Of a DNA stretch of 64,000 nt, positions 56,109 to 64,000 are shown piece after piece (position 1 is the stretch's first letter; every line of letters starts with the position of its first letter). The notes beneath the pieces were generated by a model. That model had not been told where the DNA came from, searched no databases, and saw only the letters and a program-made list of their open reading frames with translations. Position numbers and translations under genes: made by a program. The stretch is from Escherichia coli 042 (lineage in GTDB: Bacteria > Pseudomonadota > Gammaproteobacteria > Enterobacterales > Enterobacteriaceae), in the NCBI RefSeq assembly GCF_000027125.1, contig NC_017626.1. One strand, written 5' to 3'.

Positions 56109-56354
56109 ATGGCGGTCCAACTTTTCATAACTCTTCTGAATCAGCTCCCCTTATTATCATCCCTGCAAAGTGAAACATTGCCATTGTTTGGCTATTCAGG
56201 GCGGGTCAGAGCAATGAAAAAAGCCCACACAGGGGAGAGTGGGCTGAAATGGGAAGCTAAAGACTCAAGTAAACTTATCGGAAATAAGGACCACGCATTA
56301 CGGGGGCTATCATCGCCGATGACCGGGATTTGGCAAATCAGGTTGATTACGTAG
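56109..56354 (+). CDS. yahM: YahM, small uncharacterised protein
   Basis: ORF 56079..56354 (91 aa); internal Met at 56109 gives 81 aa; the reality of this gene is uncertain. Confidence 0.4.
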   Translation: MAVQLFITLLNQLPLLSSLQSETLPLFGYSGRVRAMKKAHTGESGLKWEAKDSSKLIGNKDHALRGLSSPMTGIWQIRLIT

Positions 56355-56370
56355 AGAGTAAATTATCTGC

Positions 56371-57042
56371 TCACCGCTGCATCACCCCTTCGTAAATCAG
56401 GCGTAGCGCGAATATACCAATAATTGCACCAATAACCCGACTGGCAACGCGTTGCATACGCCCATAAGCACGACGCACAGCGGGCAAAGAAAACGCCTGA
56501 CTAAGAAAAACGCGCCAGATAACTGATGCGAGCACAATCCCCGCCCAGGCCATTAAACGTGCCCATGTTGGTGTTTCGGCATTTAATGTTACTGAGAAAA
56601 TACTGATAAAAAATAAAACGGTTTGCGGGTTAGAGAGATCGGTAATTAATCCACGTCGAAAAAAAACATACCAGGGGGCGCTAATCGGTTGTTGTAGTGT
56701 GCTCATTTGCGGTGTTGACTGGCGGCGCATGCTGCACCACGCAAACCATAAGAGATAAGCGCCGCCAACGATTCTGATAAGCAAAAAAATCTCCTCACAC
56801 TGCGTAATTAGCGTTGCAAGACCAAACAAACCCAACCCGGAATAAAATGCATCGCCCAACGCCACGCCCAGTCCGGTCAGCACTCCTGCGCGTCGACCGG
56901 AAGCCAGGCTGGTTTGTACTACCACAAAGAGATTGGCTCCCGGATTAAAAAAAGTAATCACGAACAGTCCTACGGTCAGATAAACGGCGTGCAAAGGATC
57001 CATAGTGATTTCATCCATAAATAAGTGAAGTAACTTCATCAT
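56371..57042 (-). CDS. yahN: YahN, LysE/RhtB-family amino-acid exporter
   Basis: 223-aa hydrophobic ORF with LysE-type topology. Confidence 0.8.
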   Translation of the reverse strand: MMKLLHLFMDEITMDPLHAVYLTVGLFVITFFNPGANLFVVVQTSLASGRRAGVLTGLGVALGDAFYSGLGLFGLATLITQCEEIFLLIRIVGGAYLLWFAWCSMRRQSTPQMSTLQQPISAPWYVFFRRGLITDLSNPQTVLFFISIFSVTLNAETPTWARLMAWAGIVLASVIWRVFLSQAFSLPAVRRAYGRMQRVASRVIGAIIGIFALRLIYEGVMQR

Positions 57043-57188
57043 ATTTCTACCAAAAATAATCGGGTGCGAGAGAGATCACAAAGTGTCTTATTTCCGGTTA
57101 CTGGCGTTTATGCCCTGACTGAACTAATTATTAATCAACCCAATAATGTGGGTGGGTGATAGTGTGATAACAACTCTGGAGCCGTAAT

Positions 57189-57464
57189 ATGAAAATAATC
57201 TCTAAAATGTTAGTCGGTGCGTTAGCGTTTGCCGTTACCAATGTCTATGCCGCAGAATTAATGACCAAAGCGGAATTTGAAAAGGTTGAATCGCAATATG
57301 AAAAAATAGGTGATATTTCAACCAGTAATGAAATGTCGACCGCAGATGCGAAAGAAGATTTGATCAAAAAAGCGGATGAAAAAGGGGCTGATGTGTTGGT
57401 ACTGACCTCTGGTCAAACTGACAATAAGATCCACGGCACGGCAAATATTTATAAGAAGAAGTAA
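57189..57464 (+). CDS. yahO: YahO, small periplasmic protein (DUF1471, YdgH/BhsA/McbA family)
   Basis: 91-aa ORF with signal peptide [21 protein letters not shown] and a single DUF1471-like domain. Confidence 0.75.
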   Translation: MKIISKMLVGALAFAVTNVYAAELMTKAEFEKVESQYEKIGDISTSNEMSTADAKEDLIKKADEKGADVLVLTSGQTDNKIHGTANIYKKK

Positions 57465-57561
57465 TTCTGAACCCTATGTAAACATCCCCGATGCGTAAGT
57501 TTATCGGTGATCATCTATTGAAATTTATGCCGGAGAAAGCGTTCGCGCTGCATTCGGCAGT

Positions 57562-59148
57562 TCAGCTTTTCAGCCGCCGCCAGAACGTCGTCCGGCTGAT
57601 GCCTAAATAATTCGCCGCTGCTGTTTTATCGCCATTAAATTTCTCCAGTGCCTGTAGTGGTGTCAGCAAGGATGGGGCGGGAATTTTCGCCGACTCGCGC
57701 GCCAGTTCCGGCAGTAGCAGCTGCAAAAATTGCGGCGTTAAATCCGGCGTCGGTTCCACACTTAAAAACAGCGCCAGTCGCTCCATCATATTGCGCAGTT
57801 CACGAATATTGCCCGGCCAGTCGTAGTGCACCAGCACGGTTTCGCTTGCCTGTAATCCCTGGCGTAATGCGGCAGAAAACGGGGCGGAGAGCGCCGCCAG
57901 AGACACTTTCAAAAAGCTTTCCGCCAGCGGCAGAATATCCGTCACCCGCTCGCGCAGTGGTGGCAATTGCAGACGCAAAATACTCAGCCGATAAAACAGA
58001 TCACGGCGAAACTGCCCTTGCCGCATATCTTCTTCCAGATTGCAGTGAGTGGCGCTAATGACTCGCACATCCACCGGAACAGGCTGATGCCCGCCGACGC
58101 GGGTGACCTCTTTTTCTTCCAGCACCCGTAACAGGCGAGTCTGCAAAGGTAGCGGCATTTCGCCAATCTCATCCAGAAACAGCGTACCACCGTGGGCGAT
58201 TTCGAACAGCCCGGCGCGACCTCCGCGTCGCGAGCCGGTAAACGCCCCTTCCTCATAGCCAAACAGCTCTGCCTCCAGCAGCGATTCGGCAATCGCCCCG
58301 CAGTTGACGGCAACAAACGGATGTGACTTTTTGCCCTGTCGCGCATCGTGGCGGGCAAAATATTCCCGATGAATCGCCTGGGCCGCCAGCTCTTTGCCCG
58401 TCCCCGTTTCCCCTTCAATCAACACCGCTGCACTGGAGCGGGCATACAGCAAAATAGTCTGCCGTACCTGTTCCATCTGTGGTGATTGACCGAGCATATC
58501 GCCCAGCACGTAACGAGTACGCTGGGCGTTACGGGTGGCATCGTGAGTGTTATGGCGTAACGACATGCGCGTCATATCCAGCGCATCGCTGAATGCCTGG
58601 CGCACGGTGGCGGCGGAATAGATAAAAATTCCGGTCATTCCGGCTTCTTCTGCCAAATCGGTAATCAGCCCTGCGCCGACCACCGCTTCGGTGCCGTTAG
58701 CTTTCAGCTCGTTAATCTGCCCGCGTGCGTCTTCCTCTGTAATGTAGCTACGTTGGTCGAGGCGCAAATTAAAGGTTTTTTGAAACGCCACCAGCGCTGG
58801 AATGGTTTCCTGATAAGTGACAACGCCGATAGAAGAGGTGAGTTTTCCGGCTTTTGCCAGTGCCTGCAACACATCGTAGCCGCTCGGTTTAATCAAAATA
58901 ACTGGCACTGACAGGCGGCTTTTAAGATATGCGCCGTTAGAGCCAGCAGCGATGATGGCGTCACAGCGTTCGCTTGCCAGTTTCTTGCGGATGTAGGTCA
59001 CCGCTTTTTCAAAGCCAAGCTGGATAGGGGTAATGTTCGCCAGATGATCAAACTCGAGGCTGATATCGCGAAACAGCTCGAACAGGCGCGTCACCGATAC
59101 CGTCCAGATAACCGGTTTGTCGTCATTCAGCCGTGGTGGATGTGCCAT
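57562..59148 (-). CDS. prpR: PrpR, sigma-54-dependent enhancer-binding activator of the propionate operon
   Basis: ORF 57562..59160; start set at [10 protein letters not shown] (ATG 59148); AAA+ sigma-54 interaction domain ([13 protein letters not shown]) and C-terminal HTH. Confidence 0.9.
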   Translation of the reverse strand: MAHPPRLNDDKPVIWTVSVTRLFELFRDISLEFDHLANITPIQLGFEKAVTYIRKKLASERCDAIIAAGSNGAYLKSRLSVPVILIKPSGYDVLQALAKAGKLTSSIGVVTYQETIPALVAFQKTFNLRLDQRSYITEEDARGQINELKANGTEAVVGAGLITDLAEEAGMTGIFIYSAATVRQAFSDALDMTRMSLRHNTHDATRNAQRTRYVLGDMLGQSPQMEQVRQTILLYARSSAAVLIEGETGTGKELAAQAIHREYFARHDARQGKKSHPFVAVNCGAIAESLLEAELFGYEEGAFTGSRRGGRAGLFEIAHGGTLFLDEIGEMPLPLQTRLLRVLEEKEVTRVGGHQPVPVDVRVISATHCNLEEDMRQGQFRRDLFYRLSILRLQLPPLRERVTDILPLAESFLKVSLAALSAPFSAALRQGLQASETVLVHYDWPGNIRELRNMMERLALFLSVEPTPDLTPQFLQLLLPELARESAKIPAPSLLTPLQALEKFNGDKTAAANYLGISRTTFWRRLKS

Positions 59149-59209
59149 AGCGCACCGCAAAGTTAAGAAACTGAATATTGGGTTTAGTCTTGTTTCATAA
59201 TTGTTGCAA

Positions 59210-59249
59210 TGAAACGCGGTGAAACATTGCCTGAAACGTTAACTGAAAC
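59210..59249. promoter_or_regulatory. Four direct TGAAAC repeats (candidate PrpR enhancer or other binding sites) in the prpR-prpB intergenic region
   Basis: TGAAAC at 59210, 59220, 59232 and 59244 with 10-12-bp phasing (aatGAAACgcggTGAAACattgccTGAAACgttaacTGAAACgc). Confidence 0.4.
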
Positions 59250-59324
59250 GCATATTTGCGGATTACTTCATGACTTTATCTCTAACAAATTGAAATAAAA
59301 CATTTAATTTTATTCAGGCAATTG

Positions 59325-59340
59325 TGGCACACCCCTTGCT
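59325..59340 (+). promoter_or_regulatory. Sigma-54 (-24/-12) promoter of prpBCDE
   Basis: TGGCAC-ACCCC-TTGCT matches the TGGCAC-N5-TTGCW consensus, 46 bp upstream of the prpB ATG and downstream of the TGAAAC repeats. Confidence 0.75.
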
Positions 59341-59386
59341 TTGTCTTTATTAACGCAAATAACAAGTTGATAACAAAGGATGGGCT

Positions 59387-60277
59387 ATGTCTCTACACTC
59401 TCCAGGTAAAGCGTTTCGCGCTGCACTGACTAAAGAAAATCCATTGCAGATTGTTGGCACCATCAACGCTAACCATGCGCTGTTGGCGCAGCGTGCCGGA
59501 TATCAGGCGATTTATCTTTCCGGCGGTGGCGTGGCGGCAGGTTCGCTGGGGCTGCCCGATCTCGGTATTTCTACCCTTGATGACGTGCTGACCGACATTC
59601 GCCGTATCACCGACGTCTGCTCGCTGCCGCTGCTGGTAGATGCGGATATCGGTTTTGGTTCTTCTGCTTTTAACGTTGCGCGCACCGTGAAATCGATGAT
59701 TAAAGCCGGTGCGGCGGGATTGCATATTGAAGATCAGGTTGGTGCGAAACGCTGCGGCCATCGCCCGAATAAAGCGATCGTCTCGAAAGAGGAGATGGTG
59801 GATCGGATCCGCGCGGCGGTGGATGCGAAAACCGATCCTGATTTTGTGATCATGGCGCGCACCGATGCGCTGGCGGTTGAAGGGCTGGATGCGGCGATCG
59901 AGCGTGCGCGGGCCTATGTTGAAGCGGGTGCCGAGATGTTGTTCCCGGAGGCGATTACCGAACTCGCTATGTACCGCCAGTTTGCCGATGCGGTGCAGGT
60001 GCCAATCCTCGCCAACATTACCGAATTTGGCGCAACACCGCTGTTTACTACCGATGAATTACGCAGTGCCCATGTTGCAATGGCGCTGTACCCGCTTTCA
60101 GCGTTTCGCGCCATGAACCGCGCCGCCGAACATGTCTACAACGTCCTGCGTCAGGAAGGCACGCAGAAAAGCGTCATCGACACCATGCAGACCCGCAACG
60201 AACTGTACGAAAGCATCAACTATTACCAGTACGAAGAGAAGCTCGACGACCTGTTTGCCCGTAGCCAGGCGAAATAA
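59387..60277 (+). CDS. prpB: 2-methylisocitrate lyase
   Basis: 296-aa ORF; isocitrate-lyase/PEP-mutase family signature (KRCGHRP). Confidence 0.9.
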   Translation: MSLHSPGKAFRAALTKENPLQIVGTINANHALLAQRAGYQAIYLSGGGVAAGSLGLPDLGISTLDDVLTDIRRITDVCSLPLLVDADIGFGSSAFNVARTVKSMIKAGAAGLHIEDQVGAKRCGHRPNKAIVSKEEMVDRIRAAVDAKTDPDFVIMARTDALAVEGLDAAIERARAYVEAGAEMLFPEAITELAMYRQFADAVQVPILANITEFGATPLFTTDELRSAHVAMALYPLSAFRAMNRAAEHVYNVLRQEGTQKSVIDTMQTRNELYESINYYQYEEKLDDLFARSQAK

Positions 60278-60289
60278 AAAACGCCCGTT

Positions 60290-60770
60290 GGTTGTATTCG
60301 ACAACCGATGCCTGATGCGCCGCTGACGCGGCTTATCAGGCCTACGGGATGAACTGAACTGTAGGTCGGATAAGACGCATAGCGTCGCATCCGACAACCG
60401 ATGCCTGATGCGCCGCTGACGCGGCTTATCAGGCCTACGGGGTGAACTGAACTGTAGGTCGGATAAGACGCATAGCGTCGCATCCGACAACCGATGCCTG
60501 ATGCGCCGCTGACGCGGCTTATCAGGCCTACGGGGCGTGCTGAACTGTAGGTCGGATAAGACGTATGGCGTCGCATCCGACAACCGATGCCTGATGCGCC
60601 GCTGACGCGACTTATCAGGCCTACGGGGTGAACTGAACTGTAGGTCGGATAAGACGCATGGCGTCGCATCCGACAACCGATGCCTGATGCGACGCTGACG
60701 CGGCTTATCAGGCCTGCGGGGTGAACTGAACTGTAGGTCGGATAAGACGCATAGCGTCGCATCCGACAAC
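60290..60770. repeat. Tandem REP/BIME array (about five copies of a roughly 90-bp composite unit) between prpB and prpC
   Basis: Near-identical units CGACAACCGATGCCTGATGCGCCGCTGACGCGGCTTATCAGGCCTACGGGGTGAACTGAACTGTAGGTCGGATAAGACGCATAGCGTCGCATC repeated head-to-tail with point variants. Confidence 0.75.
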
Positions 60771-60809
60771 AATCTCGACCCTACAAATGATAACAATGAC
60801 GAGGACAAT

Positions 60810-61979
60810 ATGAGCGACACAACGATCCTGCAAAACAGTACCCATGTCATTAAACCGAAAAAATCTGTGGCACTTTCTGGCGTTCCGGCGGGCAATACGG
60901 CGCTCTGCACCGTGGGTAAAAGTGGCAATGACTTGCATTACCGTGGTTACGATATTATTGATCTGGCGGAACATTGCGAATTTGAAGAAGTGGCGCATCT
61001 GCTGATCCACGGCAAACTGCCGACCCGTGACGAACTCGCCGCTTACAAAACAAAACTGAAAGCCCTGCGCGGTTTACCGGCTAACGTGCGTACCGTGCTG
61101 GAAGCCTTACCGGCGGCGTCGCACCCGATGGATGTCATGCGCACAGGCGTTTCCGCACTCGGTTGCACGCTGCCAGAAAAAGAAGGGCACACTGTCTCTG
61201 GCGCGCGGGATATTGCCGACAAACTGTTGGCGTCGCTTAGCTCGATTCTTCTCTACTGGTATCACTACAGCCACAACGGCGAACGCATCCAGCCAGAAAC
61301 CGATGACGACTCCATCGGCGGTCACTTCCTGCATCTGCTGCATGGCGAAAAGCCGTCGCAAAGCTGGGAAAAGGCGATGCATATTTCGCTGGTGCTGTAC
61401 GCCGAACACGAGTTTAACGCCTCCACCTTTACCAGCCGGGTGATTGCGGGCACCGGCTCTGATATGTATTCCGCGATTATTGGCGCGATTGGCGCACTGC
61501 GCGGGCCGAAACACGGCGGGGCGAATGAAGTGTCGCTGGAGATCCAACAACGCTACGAAACGCCGGACGAAGCCGAAGCCGATATCCGCAAGCGCGTGGA
61601 AAACAGAGAAGTGGTCATTGGTTTTGGTCATCCGGTTTACACCATCGCCGACCCGCGTCATCAGGTGATCAAACGCGTGGCGAAGCAGCTCTCGCAGGAA
61701 GGCGGTTCGCTGAAGATGTACAACATCGCCGATCGCCTGGAAACGGTGATGTGGGAGAGCAAAAAGATGTTCCCCAATCTCGACTGGTTCTCCGCTGTTT
61801 CCTACAACATGATGGGCGTTCCCACCGAGATGTTCACCCCACTGTTTGTTATCGCCCGCGTCACCGGCTGGGCGGCGCACATTATCGAACAACGTCAGGA
61901 CAACAAAATTATCCGTCCTTCCGCCAATTATGTTGGACCGGAAGACCGCCAGTTTGTCGCGCTGGATAAGCGCCAGTAA
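60810..61979 (+). CDS. prpC: 2-methylcitrate synthase
   Basis: 389-aa ORF, citrate-synthase family (GFGHPVYT motif). Confidence 0.9.
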   Translation: MSDTTILQNSTHVIKPKKSVALSGVPAGNTALCTVGKSGNDLHYRGYDIIDLAEHCEFEEVAHLLIHGKLPTRDELAAYKTKLKALRGLPANVRTVLEALPAASHPMDVMRTGVSALGCTLPEKEGHTVSGARDIADKLLASLSSILLYWYHYSHNGERIQPETDDDSIGGHFLHLLHGEKPSQSWEKAMHISLVLYAEHEFNASTFTSRVIAGTGSDMYSAIIGAIGALRGPKHGGANEVSLEIQQRYETPDEAEADIRKRVENREVVIGFGHPVYTIADPRHQVIKRVAKQLSQEGGSLKMYNIADRLETVMWESKKMFPNLDWFSAVSYNMMGVPTEMFTPLFVIARVTGWAAHIIEQRQDNKIIRPSANYVGPEDRQFVALDKRQ

Positions 61980-62012
61980 ACCTCTACGAATAACAATAAG
62001 GAAACGTACCCA

Positions 62013-63464
62013 ATGTCAGCTCAAATCAACAACATCCGCCCGGAATTTGATCGTGAAATCGTTGATATCGTCGATTACGTCATGAACTACGAAATTAGCT
62101 CTAAAGTGGCCTACGACACCGCACATTACTGCCTGCTCGACACTCTCGGCTGCGGTCTTGAAGCTCTCGAATACCCGGCCTGTAAAAAACTGCTGGGGCC
62201 AATTGTCCCCGGCACTGTCGTACCTAACGGCGTGCGCGTCCCCGGAACTCAGTTCCAGCTCGACCCCGTCCAGGCGGCATTTAACATTGGCGCGATGATC
62301 CGCTGGCTTGATTTCAACGATACCTGGCTGGCGGCGGAGTGGGGCCATCCTTCCGACAACCTCGGCGGCATTCTGGCAACGGCGGACTGGCTTTCGCGCA
62401 ACGCGGTCGCCAGCGGCAAAGCGCCGTTGACCATGAAACAGGTGCTGACCGCAATGATCAAAGCCCATGAAATTCAGGGCTGCATCGCGCTGGAAAACTC
62501 CTTTAACCGCGTCGGCCTCGACCACGTTCTGTTAGTGAAAGTGGCTTCCACCGCCGTGGTCGCCGAAATGCTCGGCCTGACCCGCGAGGAAATTCTCAAC
62601 GCCGTTTCGCTGGCGTGGGTGGACGGTCAGTCGCTGCGCACCTATCGCCATGCGCCGAACACCGGCACGCGTAAATCCTGGGCGGCGGGCGATGCCACTT
62701 CCCGCGCGGTACGTCTGGCACTGATGGCGAAAACGGGCGAAATGGGTTACCCGTCAGCCCTGACTGCGCCTGTGTGGGGCTTCTACGACGTCTCCTTCAA
62801 AGGTGAGTCGTTCCGCTTCCAGCGCCCGTACGGTTCTTACGTGATGGAAAATGTGCTGTTCAAAATCTCCTTCCCGGCGGAGTTCCACTCCCAGACGGCA
62901 GTTGAAGCAGCGATGACGCTCTATGAACAGATGCAGGCAGCAGGCAAAACGGCGGCAGATATCGAAAAAGTGACCATTCGCACCCACGAAGCCTGTATTC
63001 GCATCATCGACAAAAAAGGACCGCTCAATAACCCGGCAGACCGCGATCACTGCATTCAGTACATGGTGGCGATCCCGCTGCTGTTCGGACGCTTAACGGC
63101 GGCAGATTACGAGGACAACGTTGCGCAAGATAAACGCATCGACGCCCTGCGCGAGAAGATCAATTGCTTTGAAGATCCGGCATTTACCGCTGACTACCAC
63201 GACCCGGAAAAACGTGCCATCGCCAATGCCATAACCCTTGAGTTCACCGACGGTACGCGATTTGAAGAAGTGGTGGTGGAGTACCCAATTGGTCATGCTC
63301 GCCGCCGTCAGGATGGCATTCCGAAACTGGTCGATAAATTCAAAATCAATCTCGCGCGCCAGTTCCCGACTCGCCAACAGCAGCGCATTCTGGAGGTTTC
63401 TCTCGACAGAGCTCGCCTGGAACAGATGCCGGTCAATGAGTATCTCGACCTGTACGTCATTTAA
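62013..63464 (+). CDS. prpD: 2-methylcitrate dehydratase
   Basis: 483-aa ORF of MmgE/PrpD family size, in the conserved prpBCDE order. Confidence 0.9.
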
Positions 63465-63503
63465 GCAAACAGCGGTAAGGCGTAAGTTCAACAGGAGAGC
63501 ATT

Positions 63504-64000
63504 ATGTCTTTTAGCGAATTTTATCAGCGTTCGATTAACGAACCGGAGAAGTTCTGGGCCGAGCAGGCCCGGCGTATTGACTGGCAGACGCCCTTTACGC
63601 AAACGCTCGATCACAGCAATCCGCCGTTTGCCCGTTGGTTTTGTGAAGGCCGAACCAACTTGTGTCACAACGCTATCGACCGCTGGCTGGAGAAACAGCC
63701 AGAGGCGCTGGCGCTGATTGCCGTCTCTTCGGAAACAGAAGAAGAGCGCACCTTTACCTTCCGCCAGTTACATGACGAAGTGAATGCGGTGGCCTCAATG
63801 CTGCGCTCGCTGGGTGTGCAGCGCGGCGATCGGGTGCTGGTGTATATGCCGATGATTGCCGAAGCACATATTACTCTGCTGGCTTGCGCGCGCATTGGCG
63901 CTATTCACTCGGTGGTGTTTGGGGGATTTGCCTCGCACAGCGTGGCGGCGCGAATTGATGATGCTAAACCGGTGCTGATTGTCTCGGCTGATGCCGGAGC
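63504..64000 (+). CDS. prpE: Propionyl-CoA synthetase, 3'-truncated by the window edge
   Basis: Open frame from ATG 63504 (MSFSEFYQRSINEPEKFWAEQARRIDWQ...) with AGGAGAG SD, running to the window end; acyl-CoA synthetase N-terminus. Confidence 0.85.
   Translation, partial: MSFSEFYQRSINEPEKFWAEQARRIDWQTPFTQTLDHSNPPFARWFCEGRTNLCHNAIDRWLEKQPEALALIAVSSETEEERTFTFRQLHDEVNAVASMLRSLGVQRGDRVLVYMPMIAEAHITLLACARIGAIHSVVFGGFASHSVAARIDDAKPVLIVSADAG

Noticed and set aside
60290-60770. Possible CRISPR array (regularly spaced repeats)
   Set aside because: The units are about 90 bp and abut each other without unique spacers; the sequence matches REP consensus and no cas genes are nearby.
60098-60928. 276-aa and 179-aa minus-strand ORFs with internally repeated peptide segments ([19 protein letters not shown]...)
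   Set aside because: They are read straight through the REP/BIME tandem array; the repetition reflects repeated DNA units, not a repeat protein.

Overview
This window reads as an Escherichia coli chromosomal segment spanning the ecp – ykg – rcl – bet – yah – prp neighbourhood, called by reading the six-frame translations against protein families I recognise; no database search was run. Gene order: yagU (5' partial), ykgJ, the ecpRABCDE common-pilus operon, a Zur-box-controlled rpmE2-rpmJ2 pair, a block of six redox/detox genes that I do not recall in K-12 (old-yellow-enzyme flavin reductase, Cys-type dienelactone hydrolase, two LysR regulators, two aldo-keto reductases), a full-length intimin-like adhesin FdeC/EaeH with no IS interruption, ykgA and a further aldo-keto reductase, rclCBA/rclR, ykgEFG, ykgH, betABI/betT, an EhaA-like AIDA-type autotransporter, pdeL, yahB-yahO, prpR and prpBCD with the start of prpE. 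The strain is therefore not K-12-like in detail. No tRNA, rRNA, CRISPR, transposase or integrase was seen. The best candidate for an undescribed system is the yahDEFG-yahIJ cluster, which looks like a second copy of an FdrA/YlbE/YlbF-type carbamoyltransferase plus carbamate kinase module with a Tat-exported amidohydrolase. The second candidate is the redox/detox gene block between rpmE2 and fdeC. Other observations are a Zur box, a sigma-54 promoter with TGAAAC repeats, REP/BIME arrays, hairpins and a predicted exported Cys protein.
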